From the NCBI GenBank assembly GCA_025210525.1, contig JAOARP010000047.1, positions 693,465 to 717,464 on the forward strand: a stretch of DNA of 24,000 nt. The letters are read 5' to 3'. Below, one piece after another: positions 18,608 to 24,000 of this stretch (the stretch's first letter is position 1; each line of letters starts with the position of its first letter). This DNA comes from Marinisporobacter sp. GTDB taxonomy: Bacteria > Bacillota > Clostridia > Peptostreptococcales > Thermotaleaceae. The position numbers were made by a program, and so were the translations under genes. A model generated the notes under the pieces. The model was not told the origin of the DNA and searched no databases. It worked only from the letters and a program-made list of their open reading frames with translations.

Positions 18608-18684
18608 TGGCGGGTCCACAGGGATTCGAACCCCGGACACACGGCTTAGAAGGCCGTTGCTCTATCCAACTGAGCTATGAACCC
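18608..18684 (-). tRNA. tRNA-Arg (anticodon TCT)
   Basis: GGGTTCATAGCTCAG...ACGGC-CTTCTAA-GCCGT...TGGACCCGCCA. Confidence 0.95.
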
Positions 18685-18779
18685 AAGTCATATCTGCATC
18701 TTCATTTAATACTTTTAATGGAACCTAGCCTGTTAACTAAGCGATTCACGCAAAATCATAGATTTTGGTTCTCTGCTTA

Positions 18780-18805
18780 TATCCAACTGAGCTATGAACC
18801 CAAGT
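18780..18805 (-). pseudogene. partial tRNA-Arg 5' fragment
   Basis: 26-nt exact match (tatccaactgagctatgaacccaagt) to 18663-18688, with no rest of the tRNA. Confidence 0.8.
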
Positions 18806-18814
18806 TTTAAAAAA

Positions 18815-18889
18815 TTGGAGCGGATGATGGGAATCGAACCCACGCTATCAGCTTGGAAGGCTGAAGTTCTACCATTGAACTACATCCGC
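18815..18889 (-). tRNA. second tRNA-Gly (anticodon TCC); ends +/-1
   Basis: Essentially the same sequence as the 18366-18439 tRNA-Gly. Confidence 0.93.
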
Positions 18890-19012
18890 GTATTGTTTTT
18901 CTTCAATCAAGAATTATTTGTCCTGACAAGATAATATATTATCACAATCACTTCATTCTGTCAAGACTTTTTTCACCATCCAATATTTTAATGAAATGTT
19001 GATCATTAAAGT

Positions 19013-19089
19013 TGGTCGAGGTGGCAGGATTTGAACCCGCGGCCCTCTGGTCCCAAACCAGATGCGCTACCAAACTGCGCTACACCTCG
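19013..19089 (-). tRNA. tRNA-Pro (anticodon TGG), copy 1
   Basis: CGAGGTGTAGCGCAG...TCTGG-TTTGGGA-CCAGA...CACCTCGACCA. Confidence 0.95.
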
Positions 19090-19140
19090 TCATGATGAAA
19101 ACTTAGTCAATAAGCTTTAATGAAATGTTGATCATTAAAG

Positions 19141-19217
19141 TGGTCGAGGTGGCAGGATTTGAACCCGCGGCCCTCTGGTCCCAAACCAGATGCGCTACCA
19201 AACTGCGCTACACCTCG
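19141..19217 (-). tRNA. tRNA-Pro (anticodon TGG), copy 2
   Basis: Identical to copy 1. Confidence 0.95.
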
Positions 19218-19264
19218 TTCCAACTGACAAGCTATAGTATACTGGATAGAAAAAGTAAAGTCAA

Positions 19265-19308
19265 AATCAAAATCATGGTTTTAACAATTATTTAACATGA
19301 TTTTGATT
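19265..19308. repeat. 13-bp perfect inverted repeat, T-rich run on the plus side; terminator-like
   Basis: AATCAAAATCATG ... CATGATTTTGATT followed by TTTTCTTTTTTTTTT on the plus strand. Confidence 0.5.
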
Positions 19309-19395
19309 GATTTTCTTTTTTTTTTGACGTTTTCCTCGAGATAGCAACAGTTTTTATTCTTTTCATTGTTTCATTATTAACTGAATCTTTGAAAA

Positions 19396-19866
19396 TTATA
19401 CTTCAATAATATGACTTTTTACATTTTTTCCATCTAGTTCTATGATTCCATAAGAAGCCTTAGACCCTCCCCTAGGACTGGTCAGGCTCCCTGGATTCAT
19501 GATTAATACATCTTCATGCTTCACCTTTACAGGCATATGGGTATGTCCAAATAATACGATATTACATCCCTCTTCTAACCCTTTATAATAAATCCTTGAT
19601 AGACTAGATTTTACCCCATACTGGTGTCCATGGGTTAAAAACAATTTATGTTCTCCAAGGTCTAAGACCTTCTCATCTTCAATTTCACCTCTATCACAAT
19701 TCCCCTTTACACTTACTACTTTTATGTCGGTATTTTCGCTGATTGCTAAAGCATCTGGGTAATAATCACCTAAATGAATCATTAAATCTATTTTATCCAT
19801 TTTAGCAATAATATGTTCAGCTAAATGAATCTTTCCATGGGTATCACTCATTACTACAATTCTCAA
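19396..19866 (-). CDS. YfcE/MJ0936-family metallophosphodiesterase
   Basis: VVMSDTHGK, HLGDYYPD, VKGNCDRG, LTHGHQYGV, FGHTHMP, NPGSLTSPRGG. Confidence 0.95.
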   Translation of the reverse strand: MRIVVMSDTHGKIHLAEHIIAKMDKIDLMIHLGDYYPDALAISENTDIKVVSVKGNCDRGEIEDEKVLDLGEHKLFLTHGHQYGVKSSLSRIYYKGLEEGCNIVLFGHTHMPVKVKHEDVLIMNPGSLTSPRGGSKASYGIIELDGKNVKSHIIEV

Positions 19867-19879
19867 CGATCTACTCCTC

Positions 19880-20476
19880 CTACAGTACTTCTCCTAAGGC
19901 TACCTTTAGTTTCTCAAGGGCATTTGCTCTATGGCTAATTTTATTCTTTATTTCTGATCCTAATTCTGCAAAGGTTTTATCATATTCAGGTACAATAAAT
20001 AACGGATCATATCCAAATCCACTCTCACCCTTCTTTTCAAATCCTATAAATCCTTTACATTCTCCTCTTACACTAATTTTTTTACCATCAGGAAATGCTA
20101 CAGATATGACAGATACAAATCTTGCATTTCTTTCTTCCATAGGTAACTCCTTTAGCATATGAAGTAGCTTTTCATTATTTTTTTCATCTGTTGCTCCTTC
20201 TCCTGAAAATCTTGCAGAATATACACCAGGTTGATTATCAATTGCCTTTACCTCAAGACCTGAATCATCTGCAATAGCAATAGCTCCTGTCTCTTTCATT
20301 ACTTCTACTGCCTTTTTCATGGAGTTTTCTTCAAAGGTTTCCCCATCTTCTATGATTTCTAAATTTTCTAATCCTACCTCATCCATGCTTTTTATAGTTA
20401 AAGGAAAATCCTTTAAAATAACTTTTATTTCTTCTAATTTATGTTTATTTTTAGATGCAATCACTACTTGATTCAT
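19880..20476 (-). CDS. rdgB: XTP/dITP diphosphatase (RdgB/HAM1 family)
   Basis: VVIASKNKHKLEEIK, ADDSGLEV, GVYSARFSG, GFGYDPLFI, SHRANALEKL. The ATG at 20476 is preferred over the track start at 20503. Confidence 0.95.
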   Translation of the reverse strand: MNQVVIASKNKHKLEEIKVILKDFPLTIKSMDEVGLENLEIIEDGETFEENSMKKAVEVMKETGAIAIADDSGLEVKAIDNQPGVYSARFSGEGATDEKNNEKLLHMLKELPMEERNARFVSVISVAFPDGKKISVRGECKGFIGFEKKGESGFGYDPLFIVPEYDKTFAELGSEIKNKISHRANALEKLKVALGEVL

Positions 20477-20477
20477 T

Positions 20478-21242
20478 CTATTTCGCTCCTGTCTCTTCTT
20501 CATTTACTTTTCCAATCAATTGGTGAATGTCTCCTAAAGCTTCTTTCTGCATTTCTATAAGCTCCATATTTCCTTTTTCAGCAAGCTCTAAAAGAGCATT
20601 TAGTTCTTGTCTGCTAAAAGGTGCTTCTTCCCCTGTTCCTTGTACCTCTACAAACTCTTTTTTGTCTGTCATGATTACATTCATATCTACTTTTGCATTA
20701 GAATCTTCTTGATAGCATAAATCTAACACAGGTATATCCTTTACTACCCCTACACTAATAGCTGCTACATAATTTTTTACTGGGAATGTTTTTATTTTCT
20801 TTGCTTCATAAAGCTTATGTAATCCTTGTGCTAATGCAATAAAAGCTCCAGTTATAGATGCAGTTCTTGTTCCACCATCTGCTTGAATCACATCACAGTC
20901 TATCCATATAGTTCTTTCTCCTAAAGCATCTAAATTCACTACAGAACGTAATGCTCTTCCTATAAGTCTTTGGATTTCTTGTGTTCTTCCATCCACTTTT
21001 CCTCTGCTAGATTCTCTTATTTTTCTTGTCTGAGTAGATCTTGGAAGCATGCCATATTCTGCTGTTACCCAACCTGTTCCCTTTCCTTTTAAAAATGGAG
21101 GAACCCTTTCTTCTATTGAAGCTGTACATATTACTTTTGTATTTCCCATCTCTATGAGCACTGAGCCTTCTGCATAGGCTAAATAATCCTTTGTGATTGT
21201 AACTTTTCTTAATTCATTTTCTTTTCTACCGTCAAATCTCAT
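20478..21242 (-). CDS. rph: ribonuclease PH
   Basis: [68 protein letters not shown]. Confidence 0.97.
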   Translation of the reverse strand: MRFDGRKENELRKVTITKDYLAYAEGSVLIEMGNTKVICTASIEERVPPFLKGKGTGWVTAEYGMLPRSTQTRKIRESSRGKVDGRTQEIQRLIGRALRSVVNLDALGERTIWIDCDVIQADGGTRTASITGAFIALAQGLHKLYEAKKIKTFPVKNYVAAISVGVVKDIPVLDLCYQEDSNAKVDMNVIMTDKKEFVEVQGTGEEAPFSRQELNALLELAEKGNMELIEMQKEALGDIHQLIGKVNEEETGAK

Positions 21243-21362
21243 GTTTTCCTCTCCTATTCTTTTTGCTTATCATCATAAATTATTGTACCATATAAACCCA
21301 TCTATTACATCTTTCTTTAGTGTATCCCTTCCGCTGTTCATTTATTTCTTCATAATAAAAAA

Positions 21363-21380
21363 CCAGTGGAAAACCACTGG
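21363..21380 (-). terminator. terminator after the GerMN gene
   Basis: Minus strand CCAGTGGTTTTCCACTGG followed by TTTTTTTAT. Confidence 0.85.
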
Positions 21381-21383
21381 CTC

Positions 21384-22412
21384 TTATTCATATTGATTAG
21401 CAAATGTAGGGACTACTACAGGATCTTCTTTATTTTCTTTTCCTAACTTCAATTCCTTTCCATTTACAAATAATTTCACTCCAGCAACTTCTGGATTTTG
21501 TTCTTTCACAGTAAGCCCAAAGGATTTTGCTACACTATCCACTGCTCCTTTATTATCTACAACCTCGAGTATTTCTTCAGAAAGATTAATACAAGCCACA
21601 CTATCATTCATATCTACACTTACTATATGAGTTCCTTTTGGAATTTCACTATATAACCCTAATCCCTCTGGTGGTCCTTCAACTAGCGCATCTAATGCAT
21701 CTAATACATTTGTGCTTGCAGCGTCTTTCTTTTCAATTCCCTTTGTAACAGGTACAAAATAGGATTCTAATCCATTTGTTGTCCCTTCATAATATACAAC
21801 TACTTTATTATCACTCTTTTCTGCACTTACATAGTTGATATCATCTCTAGTAAGTGTTTGTGCTGTTTTTGTCCCAAACTCAAGACTATTAGGAGCTTTT
21901 CCATTGATCATCAGTTGTACACAATCAATTGTAGGAAATTCTGTCAACGTATAAGTTACTGCTTTTACTAGCGCTGTTTCTTCTTCTTTACTAAAATAAT
22001 TTAAAAAGTCACTGCTAAAATCTACTTTACAAATTCCATCTTTAATACTCATTCCTCGAATTTCTGTGTTTGCAGGAATCGTTGGAATCAATCCTATTTC
22101 TTCAATGTCTTTTCTATTTGCAGGATTGTCAATCATTGCTCTTAATGCTTCTTTTGCTATTCCTCTTCCTTCTGTCCAAGGAATTTTTCTCATAACAGGG
22201 ATTAAGAATCCTTTTTCATCTTTATAATAAAGCACCGTATTTCTTAATCCTTCACTCATTTGTGCATCATCACCACTCTCAATAATATTCGAAGCAGATT
22301 GTTCCTCATCTTCAAATAATCCTTTAACCATTTGGATAGGATTTGCACACCCAGCTAAACTGATCATCATGCATAGTATTAAACCTATAGCAACTACTCT
22401 TTTCACCTTCAT
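21384..22412 (-). CDS. GerMN-domain lipoprotein
   Basis: Lipobox LMISLAGC; two GerMN-like repeats (GLIPTIPANTEIRGMSIKDGICKVDFSSDFLN... and GLYSEIPKGTHIVSVDMNDSVACINLSEE...). Confidence 0.85.
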   Translation of the reverse strand: MKVKRVVAIGLILCMMISLAGCANPIQMVKGLFEDEEQSASNIIESGDDAQMSEGLRNTVLYYKDEKGFLIPVMRKIPWTEGRGIAKEALRAMIDNPANRKDIEEIGLIPTIPANTEIRGMSIKDGICKVDFSSDFLNYFSKEEETALVKAVTYTLTEFPTIDCVQLMINGKAPNSLEFGTKTAQTLTRDDINYVSAEKSDNKVVVYYEGTTNGLESYFVPVTKGIEKKDAASTNVLDALDALVEGPPEGLGLYSEIPKGTHIVSVDMNDSVACINLSEEILEVVDNKGAVDSVAKSFGLTVKEQNPEVAGVKLFVNGKELKLGKENKEDPVVVPTFANQYE

Positions 22413-22580
22413 CCCCTTCCCTCCTTAACAAATGTCTCTATAAGATTATATTAGTGAGAGGAGGATACTATGTCTAAATCTATAAATTTGTATTATTTTC
22501 TTTTTATCGGCTCTATAAGATTTCTCAAGATAACATTTATTTATGATAAATTCTCTAACACCTTTAAAGTGCTATGTGAC

Positions 22581-22608
22581 AAAAGGAGATGCAAATGCAT
22601 CTCCTTTT
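22581..22608 (-). terminator. terminator after the amidase gene
   Basis: AAAAGGAGATGCAAATGCATCTCCTTTT, abutting the stop codon. Confidence 0.85.
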
Positions 22609-24000
22609 ACTCTTCATCAAAATATCTTTTAATTCCATTAAATAATGCTTGTGCAGCTTTTTGTCTATATTCAGCTGTACGAACCAAAGACCCTTCTGTT
22701 GGATTTGAAATAAATCCTACTTCTGCAATAACACTAGGCATGTTTGTTTCTCTTATAACAACAAACTCTGGTTCGTTTTTAATTCCTCTATCCTTTGCTT
22801 TTAAAGCTTTGATCATTTCTTCTTGTATAGTCTTTGCAAATCTTTTACAATCTCTGTTTGGATCATCTACGTAAAGCATTTCAATCCCTGATACTTTTTT
22901 ATTTTCAGCATAATTATAATGAATACTCACAAATACAGCTCCACCTAATCCATTAGCTACCTCTGGTCTTCCATATAGATCAAGGGTTCTATCATCGTTT
23001 CTTGTCATATAAGTAGTAAATCCTGCTTTTTTTAGTAAATCATTTAATCTTAATGATGTATCTAACGTAAGCTCTTTTTCTACTAAGTTAAGTGCTTTAT
23101 TACTAGCCCCTGGGTCTTTTCCTCCATGTCCTGGATCAATGATTACAAGTCTACCACTATAGCTAGAAGTTTTTATTCTTCTATTTTCAAATTTTATGAT
23201 AATCTCCTCTGTATATTGATCTGTAGTTTCTATTCTGTAGTCTGTTGTATCTTTTAATTGTAAAGCCATGTAGTAATAATCATCATCTTCATTTACACGA
23301 ATACTTTTTATCAAGCTATCATCAATATTTACTATTTTTTCTTCTAATTCTATTTTATTTTTAGGTACTTTTACAATCAACTCGTTGGTGATAGTAGCAT
23401 AATCTACATTATACTCTCCTAATTCTTTTAATGTTAGCCTTACGAATGACCTATTCATATCCTCTCTTTGATAATGAATATATTCCATTTTTTCATCTTT
23501 TGATGGATCAATAGGAATTTTATTGGTATATACAAAAATATTCGTTCCTTCATCTTGAACAAATATATTTTTAAGACTTTGTCCTTCTTCAAGGTCTAAA
23601 ACAACACGAACGATTTTATCGTCTGCATCATAATTATCATCAGGAGCAAATTGTGCTGTCCTAATCCTCGTAACCCCCATTTCTCCAATAGGGATTTCAC
23701 TTTGTTCAACAGCCAATTGTGCATTGATTACATCTACAACTACTTTGTTTCCAAAGTCCATCACATTGTATTGAGGCTCTTCTTCTGTCTCAATGACAAT
23801 AGCATCTAAACCGTCTTTGTTTTGTAAACAAATATTTTTTACAGCGTTTAAAGCTTCTTCCTTTGAATTTTCACCTTTTGGAAATTCAACCTTAATGGCA
23901 CCTATATTTTCATCAAATAAGACCTTATACTCTTTTTTCATAACTAAATCAATAACAATCCTACTAACATTTCTAGGACTAGTTTCAAATATAGAGCCTC
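22607..24000 (-). CDS. N-acetylmuramoyl-L-alanine amidase (AMIN + amidase_3), 5' end outside the window
   Basis: IDPGHGGKDPGA, LTLDTSLRLNDLLKKAGF, SIHYNYAE, SVIAEVGFISNPTE. The frame stays open past the track start (23941) as GSIFETSPRNVSRIVIDLV-MKKEYKVLF, an AMIN-like motif, so the true start is beyond 24000. Confidence 0.92.
   Translation of the reverse strand, partial: GSIFETSPRNVSRIVIDLVMKKEYKVLFDENIGAIKVEFPKGENSKEEALNAVKNICLQNKDGLDAIVIETEEEPQYNVMDFGNKVVVDVINAQLAVEQSEIPIGEMGVTRIRTAQFAPDDNYDADDKIVRVVLDLEEGQSLKNIFVQDEGTNIFVYTNKIPIDPSKDEKMEYIHYQREDMNRSFVRLTLKELGEYNVDYATITNELIVKVPKNKIELEEKIVNIDDSLIKSIRVNEDDDYYYMALQLKDTTDYRIETTDQYTEEIIIKFENRRIKTSSYSGRLVIIDPGHGGKDPGASNKALNLVEKELTLDTSLRLNDLLKKAGFTTYMTRNDDRTLDLYGRPEVANGLGGAVFVSIHYNYAENKKVSGIEMLYVDDPNRDCKRFAKTIQEEMIKALKAKDRGIKNEPEFVVIRETNMPSVIAEVGFISNPTEGSLVRTAEYRQKAAQALFNGIKRYFDEE

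Larger units (their letters stand above)
18987..19218 (-). repeat. tandem duplication carrying tRNA-Pro, period about 128 bp
   Basis: TTTAATGAAATGTTGATCATTAAAG plus tRNA-Pro occurs at 18987-19090 and 19116-19218, differing by a 1-nt indel at the junction. Confidence 0.9.

Noticed and set aside
18169-18810. Plus-strand ORFs of 74 and 93 aa containing GFEPTHAGATILCLNHLTTPTMAGPQGFEPRTHGLEGRC...
   Set aside because: Well-known artefact of translating the antisense of tRNA clusters.
19265-19320. Plus-strand terminator implying an unseen plus-strand gene
   Set aside because: No plausible plus-strand gene or promoter is visible upstream; left as an inverted repeat with uncertain function.
23941-23941. 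ORF-track start of the amidase at 23941
   Set aside because: The frame remains open to the window edge with AMIN-like sequence (RIVIDL), so this is an internal Met.

Overview
The window looks like a Firmicutes/Clostridia chromosome. Almost everything is on the minus strand. Chromosomal genes flank an accessory region at about 3.8-18.2 kb. Left side: an S4 ribosomal protein paralog, an uncharacterised protein, an ABC exporter, a phage replisome-organizer-like protein and an M20 peptidase. Centre: a composite defence locus transcribed right to left, in the order XRE regulator, BECR/PBECR-like nuclease, hsdM, hsdS, SIR2-domain protein, a 280-bp gap, hsdR. Upstream of it lie a membrane-anchored sensor-like protein and an overlapping 63-aa ORF. 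The right edge has an XRE gene, decayed coding sequence and a truncated tyrosine recombinase beside a cluster of eight tRNA genes (Arg, Gly, Lys, His, Arg, Gly, Pro, Pro). Housekeeping genes follow: phosphodiesterase, rdgB, rph, GerMN lipoprotein and an AMIN/amidase_3 amidase running off the window edge. The strongest candidate novelty is an apparent opposite-strand small RNA in the SIR2-hsdR gap (9423-9612). It has a good promoter followed by two diverged hairpins of about 55 nt. The stems differ by compensatory changes and G-U pairs, while the apical loop (UGAUUUGWUC) and closing region are nearly identical. The composite operon is the second candidate. All assignments are from reading motifs; no searches or computations were run.
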